In this document: one piece after another, positions 1 to 7,794 of the stretch | How positions within the stretch are numbered: position 1 is the stretch's first letter | Layout: the number at the start of each line of letters is the position of its first letter | Source: Desulfosoma sp. | GTDB taxonomy: Bacteria > Desulfobacterota > Syntrophobacteria > Syntrophobacterales > DSM-9756 | NCBI GenBank assembly: GCA_037481835.1 | Contig: JBBFKW010000006.1 | Location: 96,001-160,000 of the forward strand | Reading direction: 5' to 3' | DNA: 64,000 nucleotides | Notes under the pieces: generated by a model | Database searches by the model: none | What the model was told of the DNA's origin: nothing | What the model saw: the letters and a program-made list of their open reading frames with translations, nothing else | Made by a program: the position numbers and the translations under genes

Positions 1-433
1 GCCCCAGCATGGCGGCCGCGGCGCGAGAACCCAGACGAAGGAAGGCCAGGCGATAGACGGGGAGGAAGGTTACGGCCAGAGCAAAACCCTGCGCAAGAAT
101 GAGCCATTCGGCTCTCGGGGATAAAGCGTAGATGGGGACAAAAGCGGCAAGTATGGGCATGGAATGAATGGCAAAGAAGTTGATCCCCAACGTTGTCTGG
201 AAGAACCTTCCATGAAGAGTGCTCCACACCACGTGATCGAATAAGGCGATATCCTCGTAGTGCGTGAGGAAACTCCAATAGTACGCCAGGCCCGCAATGG
301 AATAACCCGCAAAGAACAGAAGCACCACGCCCACAGGCACAAGGGCTTGTCTCTTCCCTCCGGAAAAAACCCAACCATGGTCGGCCGGGCACGCCGCTTC
401 AAGATCAGGTGCCGCTTGAGTCGCTCCACGCAT
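1..433 (-). CDS. DUF2079-like polytopic membrane protein (predicted GT-C-type), partial; runs off the left edge
   Basis: Not in the ORF track; translated by hand from ATG 433 (GAGGT upstream): ...VGVVLLFFAGYSIAGLAYYWSFLTHYEDIALFDHVVWSTLHGRFFQTTLGINFFAIHSMPILAAFVPIYALSPRAEWLILAQGFALAVTFLPVYRLA. The D-x3-F-D..W..LHG..HxxP pattern resembles the DUF2079 N-terminus. Confidence 0.65.
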   Translation of the reverse strand, partial: MRGATQAAPDLEAACPADHGWVFSGGKRQALVPVGVVLLFFAGYSIAGLAYYWSFLTHYEDIALFDHVVWSTLHGRFFQTTLGINFFAIHSMPILAAFVPIYALSPRAEWLILAQGFALAVTFLPVYRLAFLRLGSRAAAAMLG

Positions 434-548
434 CGCCCACCTCTGAAAACCCTCACATTTCCTGCCACGGCTCATGGGAACAAGCCCAAAACGCATCCAC
501 GTTCGTTGGGCATAGCGTCGCCGTTTTGCTTTTCATTGGAACGTCGCT

Positions 549-2105
549 TCAAGGCGCATGGATCGGTTTGATTTCATGGCGGAGAATCAGACTTCGGAAC
601 TTGGGAACGTCTTTCACAAGCACGGAATTGCTCTCGTCGTCGTAGACGAGGCGGAAGTCGCCCCGGGCGATGAGGAGCTGCCGGATGGGGGCGTTGCGCT
701 CGCAGACGACGTAATCGATGCCGTAGGGGTCGAAGGCGTCCTCCCAGCCGGGCTTTCCACGGTACATGACGTCATATTCCTTCAAGAACTCGTCGCCGTA
801 CATGTCCGCCCGACCGTCCACGAAAACCTTCTGATCCGGGTAAAATTTAAAGATCAGGTAGCCCCCGAAATGGTAGGTGTTGAAGACGCGGCCCCGGACG
901 CCTTCCCGCTCCACGAACTCCACGGCGTCCACGGGAAGCAGGCTGTTCAGGCGGAGGGGTTCTCCCGCGGCCCACGTGGGGTAGAGACCGTAAGCCGCCA
1001 CCCCGGCGACGCCGAGGAGAATCCAGTTGAAAACGTATTCCAGGTCGCCCAGCTCCCGGCTTCCCCGACCTTTGCCCTGCTTGTAACGCTGCCAGGCGGC
1101 CTGGAGGGGGCGCAAAGGCCACGCGTCGTCAAAGCCCCGGCTGAGGCTCAGAGCGCAGTGGGAAATGAGCACCAAAGCGACCAAGGGCATGTGCCGGACG
1201 GCCTGGAAGCTCAAAAGGACCACCACCGCCGGGACGGCCAATTCCGTCACATCGGGCTTTTGCCTGTTGAAGACGAGGAAGACGACCCAAAGGGCGATGA
1301 GCCCCAGATAGCCTTTGTCCAGCAAGCCGTGAAAGTTCGGGCTCTGCCACTCGCTGATGAAATGCGTGGACGCCCACATGGCCGACACCTGAAAAGGATA
1401 GAGCCAATGCTCGATAAAATAGGGATTGATTGTGCTCGCCGCCGCCGCGGCCGCCGCGACCATCGCCAGGCGATACAGCCGCCCGCGATCCCCATGCGGG
1501 ACGGGGCCGTGGAGCCGCAAGCGCACGGCTTCGCACACCGCGAAGAGCCAGAGCAGCACAATTCCCATCATGTATCCGGCGTGGGCGTTCACCCAGGCCA
1601 CCATGAGAAGGGGGACGAGCCCCAGAAGGCGCGGTTTCCCCGCGTACTTTTCTTGAAAGAGGGCGTAAATCAAAAAAGAAAGGAAAACATAGGTCACAAG
1701 CTGGGGTCGCGGGGACACACCGACCGCCAAGTACACCATGAAGGGCAGCGAAACGAGAAGAACGGCGTTCTTGGAAGGCAGAAAGAGGCGGGCGGTTCTG
1801 CCGGCGAAAACGACGGCGGCTGCGGCAAGCCCGGCCATGAGGGCCCTGACCGCCCACGGCCCGCCCGCCCTGTGGACGAGATAAAGGATCACCTGGAAAA
1901 GCCATTCGTGGAGCACCCACGGGCTTCCCGGCCGGGTGAAGGAAAAGGGGTCCGTCTTGGGCAGCCGACCCTCGGCAAGGATGATCTCCCCGGTTTTCAG
2001 GTGCCAGTAGTAGTCGGGGTCCCGAAGGGTGCTGAAGACCGCAACCTTACCAAAAAAGACAAGAAGGCCCAGTCGGTACGTGTCCAGAATCTTCAAGAAC
2101 CGCAT
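549..2105 (-). CDS. Polytopic membrane protein, predicted GT-C-fold glycosyltransferase-like
   Basis: Many hydrophobic segments; first loop DPDYYWHLKTG (DxD-like), then HEWL, RPQL, WVNAHAG, ISEWQSP, GGYLI, FVDGRADMYG. Start placed at MRFLK (GGAGA upstream) inside ORF 549..2240. Confidence 0.6.
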   Translation of the reverse strand: MRFLKILDTYRLGLLVFFGKVAVFSTLRDPDYYWHLKTGEIILAEGRLPKTDPFSFTRPGSPWVLHEWLFQVILYLVHRAGGPWAVRALMAGLAAAAVVFAGRTARLFLPSKNAVLLVSLPFMVYLAVGVSPRPQLVTYVFLSFLIYALFQEKYAGKPRLLGLVPLLMVAWVNAHAGYMMGIVLLWLFAVCEAVRLRLHGPVPHGDRGRLYRLAMVAAAAAAASTINPYFIEHWLYPFQVSAMWASTHFISEWQSPNFHGLLDKGYLGLIALWVVFLVFNRQKPDVTELAVPAVVVLLSFQAVRHMPLVALVLISHCALSLSRGFDDAWPLRPLQAAWQRYKQGKGRGSRELGDLEYVFNWILLGVAGVAAYGLYPTWAAGEPLRLNSLLPVDAVEFVEREGVRGRVFNTYHFGGYLIFKFYPDQKVFVDGRADMYGDEFLKEYDVMYRGKPGWEDAFDPYGIDYVVCERNAPIRQLLIARGDFRLVYDDESNSVLVKDVPKFRSLILRHEIKPIHAP

Positions 2106-2217
2106 GTGCATTTCTCCATGGGTGCGCCGTCGCTTTCTCCAATGCCCGAATCTTTTTTCCAAAAGCCCTGTGGTTCCCCGCAACAGGGCTCGGCCCGGCG
2201 GGGCCGCAAGCGCTTTC

Positions 2218-3285
2218 TCAGGGTGCCCCCTGCCTCTCATGGGCCGTAGGGGACGAAGGGGTGCGCTCCAAAAGGTCTGAAGAATGGGAATCCCGACCCG
2301 CGGCCGGGCGGTATTCCTTCACGAAATAAAGGGGGCGTCCCTTTGTTTCGTTGAAGACACGGCCCAGGTATTCGCCGATGATTCCCATGGTCACGAGTTG
2401 GACGCCTCCGAGAAAGAGAATCGTCACCATGAGCGAGGGATAGCCCGCGACGGGGTTTCCGTGGACGATCTTGTCGTAGGCGATGTACGCGGCATAGAGG
2501 AAGGCGAAAGCGGCCACGGCGAGGCCGAGGATCGTGGCCAAACGCAGGGGGGCCGTGGTGTGGGACGTGATGCCTTCCACGGCGAGGTTCCAAAGGCGCC
2601 GGTAGTTCCATTTCGTTTTTCCCGCCCATCGGGCATCCCGGCGATACCGCACTTCCTTGGCATCGAAGCCGACCCAGTGGAAAAGTCCCTTCATAAAGCG
2701 GTGGTGCTCCCGAAGGGTCTTGAGGGCGTCCACGGCCCTGCGGCTGAGCAACCGGAAATCTCCCGTGTCGGCAGGAACTTCCGTTCGCGAGGCAAGGCGC
2801 AGAACACGGTAAAAAATGTAGGCCGTCAAGCGTTTGAAAACGCCTTCGCCGTCCCGGGCGATGCGCCGGGCGTAGACCATGTCGTAGCCTTCCCGCCATC
2901 CGGCGATCAGTTCGGGGATGAGTTCGGGCGGGTCCTGAAGATCCGCGTCGATGACCACCACGGCGTCTCCCCGGGCATGGTCCAAGCCAGCCGTGAGGGC
3001 GATTTCCTTGCCGTAGTTTCGGCTGAGATCCACGATCCCCACGTGAGGGTCGGACGCCCGCAAGGCGCGCATCTTCTCCAGGGTCGGGTCCGTGCTCCCG
3101 TCGTTGACGTAAAGGATTTCGTAGGTCAAATGGATCCCCTGGAGCACTCGGGACAATCTTTCGTGAAAGGCGTCGAGGACCGCCGATTCGTTGAAGGCGG
3201 GAACGACGACCGAAAGCGTTGGGCGGGAAGAGATGCCGGAAGGATATTCTTCTCGGCCGGGGGCTGTCGGGCTGTCCATGGGCAT
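2218..3285 (-). CDS. GT2 polyprenyl-phosphate glycosyltransferase (GtrB/DPM1-like)
   Basis: SVVVPAFNE, VNDGSTD, LSRNYGKE, IDADLQDPPE, TGDFRLLSR, two C-terminal TM helices, IIGEYLGR. Start estimated from an AGGAGG RBS. Confidence 0.9.
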   Translation of the reverse strand: MPMDSPTAPGREEYPSGISSRPTLSVVVPAFNESAVLDAFHERLSRVLQGIHLTYEILYVNDGSTDPTLEKMRALRASDPHVGIVDLSRNYGKEIALTAGLDHARGDAVVVIDADLQDPPELIPELIAGWREGYDMVYARRIARDGEGVFKRLTAYIFYRVLRLASRTEVPADTGDFRLLSRRAVDALKTLREHHRFMKGLFHWVGFDAKEVRYRRDARWAGKTKWNYRRLWNLAVEGITSHTTAPLRLATILGLAVAAFAFLYAAYIAYDKIVHGNPVAGYPSLMVTILFLGGVQLVTMGIIGEYLGRVFNETKGRPLYFVKEYRPAAGRDSHSSDLLERTPSSPTAHERQGAP

Positions 3286-3396
3286 CTTCCAAATGTCCTC
3301 CTTGGGGAGAACCGATCTTTCTGCACGGCCGAGGGGCCTCGGCACCCAGCTCTTGGCCTAAACGGGCCGATTCTTCCCAATCGCCAGGTCCCGGCA

Positions 3397-3467
3397 GGCG
3401 GGCGTAAAGCCCGCCCCTACGAAGACAGACGGACCTGTTGAGCGGGGGTGGGGTTTATCCCCGCCCG
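3397..3467. repeat. GTAG-type REP-like palindrome pair
   Basis: Minus-strand GTAGGGGCGGGCTTTACGCCCGCC at 3397-3420 and a degenerate inverted copy GGGGTGGGGTTTATCCCCGCCC at about 3445-3466. Confidence 0.55.
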
Positions 3468-3518
3468 CTCATCGCAAGGAGATGAAAAGAATACAGCAAA
3501 AGAATCGCTCCATTGAGG

Positions 3519-3534
3519 AGCAAGTTCCGTACCC
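3519..3534 (-). promoter_or_regulatory. Putative sigma54 -24/-12 promoter for the glycosyltransferase cassette
   Basis: Minus strand GGGTAC-GGAAC-TTGCT (GG-N10-GC), about 235 bp upstream of the GT2 start. Confidence 0.55.
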
Positions 3535-4050
3535 ATGAAGGCCGCCCACTTTCTGGAGGTCTGTCGTTTTTTCAGGCCCCCCCGGAAGGGCGTTCCCGTA
3601 GGATGGCTCTTTGCGGCCCGGGCGTCAAGTTCGAGGGCCCGGAGGTTGAGCGGGTTCGGCCGTCTTCCGAAACCCCGGTGGGGCTGGGAAAGGCGGCCTG
3701 CGGGGGGAAAATCCCCCGGCCCCGCTCCGGGCTTTCCGCGGGGAAACCTGCACGGGGCAAAATAGCATGGAAGAACCGGTGGTGCCACGCTGCAAAAAAA
3801 CTGTTGACTTCCTCTTGTGGTGCCGATGTAGATTATGGGCAACTTTGCGCCTTTCGAAACGCGCACGGGGGGGTCGAGGCGCCGGCCGGAAGAACCGGCT
3901 CGGGCGCGAGTCCCCATGATTCCAACGGCAAAGGATTTCCCCTTTCCCCATGACGGTTTTCGACCCCCTGAGAACGCAGCCGGCACATCCCCCGAAAGAC
4001 CTTTCCTTCCTTAACGGGCGAAGAGCGGCCTCACCGCAAGGGCGCCCAAG

Positions 4051-4112
4051 TGTGCAACGAACCTCACACACCGATGCAAAACCCTGCACACATTTGCGCA
4101 ATGCATTGCACA
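4051..4112. promoter_or_regulatory. Three phased palindromic sites; putative enhancer for a sigma54 activator
   Basis: TGTGCA-N6-CTCACA (4051), GATGCA-N6-TGCACA (4073) and TGCGCA-N6-TGCACA (4095), exactly 22 bp apart and about 180-240 bp upstream of the flp -24 box. Confidence 0.6.
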
Positions 4113-4293
4113 CCCCATGGAGGAATGGTGCGCCTTGGGCCGAGCCGGCCCGGGGCGCGGGAGGTGCACGGCCCCCAGAAGGGGGCTTTCGAGTTTGGGA
4201 GGGGTGGGCATGGAGATTTTTTCGGAAGAAGGACAAAAGATTCCAATGGCTTAGGGACATGGCGGGGCTCGGAGGCCGATTGTCCCGGCGCCT

Positions 4294-4309
4294 TGGCACG
4301 GAGCTTGCT
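4294..4309 (+). promoter_or_regulatory. sigma54 promoter of the flp pilin gene
   Basis: TGGCAC-GGAGC-TTGCT, a match to the -24/-12 consensus, 70 bp before the flp ATG. Confidence 0.85.
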
Positions 4310-4378
4310 TTTGTTTCGTGCCAACGCGGTTTTGGTGCAGCAGTGCAACACCCAACAACAAATCGAAAGGAGTACGGC

Positions 4379-4555
4379 ATGGAAAGAATTAAAAGGTTTC
4401 TGAAGGACGAGGAAGGGGCCACGGCGGTGGAATATGGAATTATGGTTGCCGGCATTGCGGTGGCAATCATCGCCATCGTCTTTGCGCTCGGTGATAAGCT
4501 AAACGTACTCTTCACAAATGTGGACGCTAAAGTAGGTGACAGAGTGCCAAAATAG
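4379..4555 (+). CDS. flp: Flp/Fap pilin 1
   Basis: MERIKRFLKDEEG|ATAVEYGIMVAGIAVAIIAIVFALG, with Flp cleavage motif G/xxxxEY; AAGGAG RBS. Confidence 0.95.
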   Translation: MERIKRFLKDEEGATAVEYGIMVAGIAVAIIAIVFALGDKLNVLFTNVDAKVGDRVPK

Positions 4556-4629
4556 TGGGCTTTCGGAAAACGTGTACGAGCAAATGAACAGAAATTAAGG
4601 CACCGGTCAGAAACCTATTGAATGGACCA

Positions 4630-4653
4630 TATGGGGCGGGACGCCGCCCCATA
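4630..4653. other. Perfect 10-bp stem-loop between flp1 and flp2 (no U-tract)
   Basis: TATGGGGCGG-GACG-CCGCCCCATA. Confidence 0.6.
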
Positions 4654-4734
4654 CTCCAGTATGGGCTAAAGTTGAACCCTTAAGCGGCTCAATCGGCGAT
4701 CCGGTGCTGCGTCCTCAATGAATGAAAAGGCATC

Positions 4735-4932
4735 ATGTGTGACGTTATGCCAGCGATTTGTAAAAGACTCTCAAAGTTCCGGCACACCGAACAGGGAGCC
4801 ACCGCGCCTGAATATGCCATCATTGCCAGTAGCATTGCGGCGGCCGTTGCCCTCGCGGTGAAGGGACTGGGGACTAAAGTCAACGCTCTCTTTTCGAATT
4901 TTTACGACTTGCTCATTTCACTCATAAAATGA
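4735..4932 (+). CDS. flp: Flp/Fap pilin 2
   Basis: EQG|ATAPEYAIIASSIAAAVALAVKGLGTKVNALF; start may instead be 4747. Confidence 0.85.
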   Translation: MCDVMPAICKRLSKFRHTEQGATAPEYAIIASSIAAAVALAVKGLGTKVNALFSNFYDLLISLIK

Positions 4933-4971
4933 TTCTTGGGCCCGGGGTCTTGCGTGGCGGACCGACCTGAC

Positions 4972-5502
4972 ATGAATCACGACATAGCCTTGAAGACGAT
5001 TGCCGGACTCATCGCTTTAGCCGCCGCGGTGAGTGATCTCCGTACCCACCGGATCCCCAACCCGCTCATCTGCACGGGAACACTCCTGGGGCTTCTTTTT
5101 CATGCCCATGCCGACGCTCTCACCGGGCTCCTTTTTTCCCTCAAGGGGCTGGGCGTGGGGCTCGGCATTTGGCTCATCCCTTACGCCTTGGGGGCCATGG
5201 GGGCGGGGGACGTGAAGCTCATGGCGGCGGTGGGAGCCCTTTTGGGAGCCCGGGACGTGGTCCACGCCTCCCTGTACGGCGCCCTGTTCGGCGGTATGTA
5301 CGCCCTGGGCGTTTTTTTATGGCGAAAACCCTACCGGGAACGGTTCGGGCTCATGATCGCGACGTTTTTCCGAACCGGCCGGTTTCTCTATATCCCCGCC
5401 GCCGCAACGGACGAGAAGGTGCGGCTGTGCTACGCCGTCGCCCTTGCGGCCGGAACGTTCACCCACCTGGGCCTGGATGCCCTGGGATTTCGTCTCTTCT
5501 AA
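4972..5502 (+). CDS. cpaA: Prepilin peptidase (A24 family, CpaA/TadV)
   Basis: SDLRTHRIPN and MGAGDVKLMAAVG aspartate motifs; multi-TM. Confidence 0.9.
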   Translation: MNHDIALKTIAGLIALAAAVSDLRTHRIPNPLICTGTLLGLLFHAHADALTGLLFSLKGLGVGLGIWLIPYALGAMGAGDVKLMAAVGALLGARDVVHASLYGALFGGMYALGVFLWRKPYRERFGLMIATFFRTGRFLYIPAAATDEKVRLCYAVALAAGTFTHLGLDALGFRLF

Positions 5503-5618
5503 AAAATTTTTGCTTGATTTTTCTCAGCATTATTTTGAAAAATTCCGATCAATTCCTGTGAGCCGGGTTTCACGGGTTTTCCGTTTTCTGCACCCCAAAC
5601 CGTGAAGGGGGAGTCCTC

Positions 5619-6509
5619 ATGGGTCGATACCGAGCTTTGATCCCTCTTGTTTTGGCGCTGGTGGTCGCCGTTTTGGGAAGTTACGCCATCTACCAGTGGC
5701 TGCGACAGCGGCCGCCCACCGTCGTGGAATCCACCCGGGCGGACACCCAGAAGGTGGCCGTGGCCGCCGCGGACCTCCCCTGGGGCACCAAGCTCACCCC
5801 GGAAATGATCAAGACGGTGCCTTACCTCAAGTCCAGCGTCCCCAAGGGTTCTTTCAGCGAACCCAAGGAGTTGGCGGGCCGCGTGCTCGTGCAGCCCGTC
5901 AAGGAAAGCGAACCCATCCTGGAATCGCGACTCGCCCCGACGAGCATCCAGACGGGCGGCATTTCGGCCGTGCTCAGCGCAGGCAAGCGGGCCATCGCCG
6001 TCCACGGGGACAAGGTCGTGGGCCTGGCCGGGCTCATCGCCCCCGGGAACCGCGTGGACGTCCTGGTCACGGTCAAGGACCCCGACCTGGAGATGGAAAC
6101 GACCAAGATCGTCCTGGAGAACGTGCCCGTGCTGGCCGCCGGGTCCAAGCTGGAAAAGGGCAAAGACGGGGAAGCCCATCCCGTGGACGTCTACACCCTG
6201 GAAGTGACCCCGGAAGAAGGGGAACGGCTGGCCCTGGCGTCCACCCAGGGAAAACTCCAGTTCGCCCTGCGCAACGTCACGGACCAGGACACGGTGCTCA
6301 CGGATGGGGCGACGCTTCCCGAGGTCCTGGCGGCTTTTCGGCCGGAAACCTCACAGCGCAGGCAGGCGGGCATGACGGACAAGGAAATCCTGGAAGCCCA
6401 GGCCATGCTGGAACGGCAGGCGGCGTCCATGGGCCACAGGCGCGGAAGCGGCCGCAGCATCGTCTTCATCCGCGGAACGGACGTGACCACCGTGGAGGCG
6501 GGCCGATGA
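5619..6509 (+). CDS. cpaB: Flp pilus assembly protein CpaB/RcpC
   Basis: N-terminal TM, SAF domain (VAAADLPWGTKLT), GKRAIAV..GLAGLIAPGNRVDV, TLEVTPEEGERLALA. Confidence 0.92.
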   Translation: MGRYRALIPLVLALVVAVLGSYAIYQWLRQRPPTVVESTRADTQKVAVAAADLPWGTKLTPEMIKTVPYLKSSVPKGSFSEPKELAGRVLVQPVKESEPILESRLAPTSIQTGGISAVLSAGKRAIAVHGDKVVGLAGLIAPGNRVDVLVTVKDPDLEMETTKIVLENVPVLAAGSKLEKGKDGEAHPVDVYTLEVTPEEGERLALASTQGKLQFALRNVTDQDTVLTDGATLPEVLAAFRPETSQRRQAGMTDKEILEAQAMLERQAASMGHRRGSGRSIVFIRGTDVTTVEAGR

Positions 6510-6547
6510 ACGGACGGAGCACAAGGCAGACAAGGGAGGGGTTAAGC

Positions 6548-7153
6548 ATGAGAGCAGCGGCGCTGGCGGTGGTGGTGGCGGCGGTCCTCGCAGGGTGTGC
6601 GCCCGTTCCGAGGCCCGCCGGGCATGAGTTGAGCTACCAGAGGAAGATGCAATCCGCCCGGCATTGGGAACAGCTGGCCCGGGAGGTGGCCGTGGAGGTT
6701 CAAAAGACGCTGCCGGTCCAGGGGGTGAGCGGTATCCAGCAGATCACCGTCTCCGCCGACGATCGCTCCGACTTCGGCATCGCCTTCCGCCAATTTCTCA
6801 TGACGCGGCTTCGGGACGCGGGCTACTGGGTGACCGACGATGCGGCCAACCCCACGGTCCTGCGCTGGCGCACCCAGAAGGTGGTCCACGAAGGGGACCG
6901 GCCCTGCGCCATGAACCTCCCCTACCTCGTGGGGAGCCTCCTCACCCTGGGCATGGACTACGGCGGATCGCTCCCCCGCTCGGAAATCATCCTCACCGTG
7001 GAACTCAAACGGTCCTCGGCGGTTTTGTGGAACCGATCGGCCGTCTTCTACGTGAACTGCGAAGACATGAACCATTACGGGTCCCAAGGGCCTGAGGTGG
7101 CCGGGGCGCCCGCGCAGGCGCTCGGCCGCACTTACGGCGTCGTGGGCCGCTGA
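6548..7153 (+). CDS. Hypothetical lipoprotein
   Basis: Lipobox VLAG|C then QRKMQSARHWEQLA; GGAGG RBS; alternative start 6506 overlaps the cpaB stop. Confidence 0.75.
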   Translation: MRAAALAVVVAAVLAGCAPVPRPAGHELSYQRKMQSARHWEQLAREVAVEVQKTLPVQGVSGIQQITVSADDRSDFGIAFRQFLMTRLRDAGYWVTDDAANPTVLRWRTQKVVHEGDRPCAMNLPYLVGSLLTLGMDYGGSLPRSEIILTVELKRSSAVLWNRSAVFYVNCEDMNHYGSQGPEVAGAPAQALGRTYGVVGR

Positions 7154-7169
7154 TCCTTGGAGGAGGGAC

Positions 7170-7742
7170 ATGGAGATGAGGCGCTTGTCTGTGCTGTGTG
7201 TCGTGCTGGGGATCGCGGTCGCCGCGGCGGGCTGCGCATGTCAGCGTCCCTGCGGGACGTCGGTCGGGGCTTTCGGGCCGGTGGAGGCCGGCGGCAACGT
7301 GGTTTCGGCCGCCTACCGGATCGCCGACGCCATGGCGGGAAACCTTCGCGACCCGGTCGGGCCCGACCGGACGATTCTCGTGGCCACCTTCGTGGACGTG
7401 AACGATCTCACCAAATCCTCCCCCTTCGGCCGCATCTTCGGGGAACACGTGGCGTCCCGGCTGGCCCAGAAGGGCTACCGCGTCATGGAACTCAAGCTTC
7501 GCCAGAACTCCATCTTCATGGAAAACACCAAGGGCGAGTTCCTCCTCAGCCGGGATGTGAAGGACGTGAGCACCACGCATAACGCGTGGGCCGTCGTCGT
7601 GGGGACCTACGCGGCGAGTTCCGACCGGGCGTACGTGTCGGCCCGCATGGTGCGCGCCGCCGACGGCGTGGTCATCGGCGCCTCCGACGGCGCGGTGCTC
7701 ATGAGCCCGAGGGCCCTTGCCGCCATGATTCCGTGGGAGTGA
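7170..7742 (+). CDS. FlgO-family outer-membrane lipoprotein
   Basis: AAG|C lipobox; ILVATFVDVNDLTKSSPFGR, ELKLR, GEFLLSRD, VVGTYA, YVSARMV motifs of FlgO-like domains. Confidence 0.75.
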   Translation: MEMRRLSVLCVVLGIAVAAAGCACQRPCGTSVGAFGPVEAGGNVVSAAYRIADAMAGNLRDPVGPDRTILVATFVDVNDLTKSSPFGRIFGEHVASRLAQKGYRVMELKLRQNSIFMENTKGEFLLSRDVKDVSTTHNAWAVVVGTYAASSDRAYVSARMVRAADGVVIGASDGAVLMSPRALAAMIPWE

Positions 7743-7794
7743 CGGCACGAGGCGGTGGTGCGGCCGCGTTTGCTCAGGGAAAGGACGAGAGGCC

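Noticed and set aside
70..468. 132-aa minus-strand ORF in the track
   Set aside because: Wrong frame; the membrane-protein-like frame starts at 433 and runs off the window
3540..4050. Possible cyclic-dinucleotide (GEMM) riboswitch upstream of the pilin
   Set aside because: I could not find the GGCAAA..GAAA..GACGCAAA core by eye; an Infernal/Rfam scan is needed
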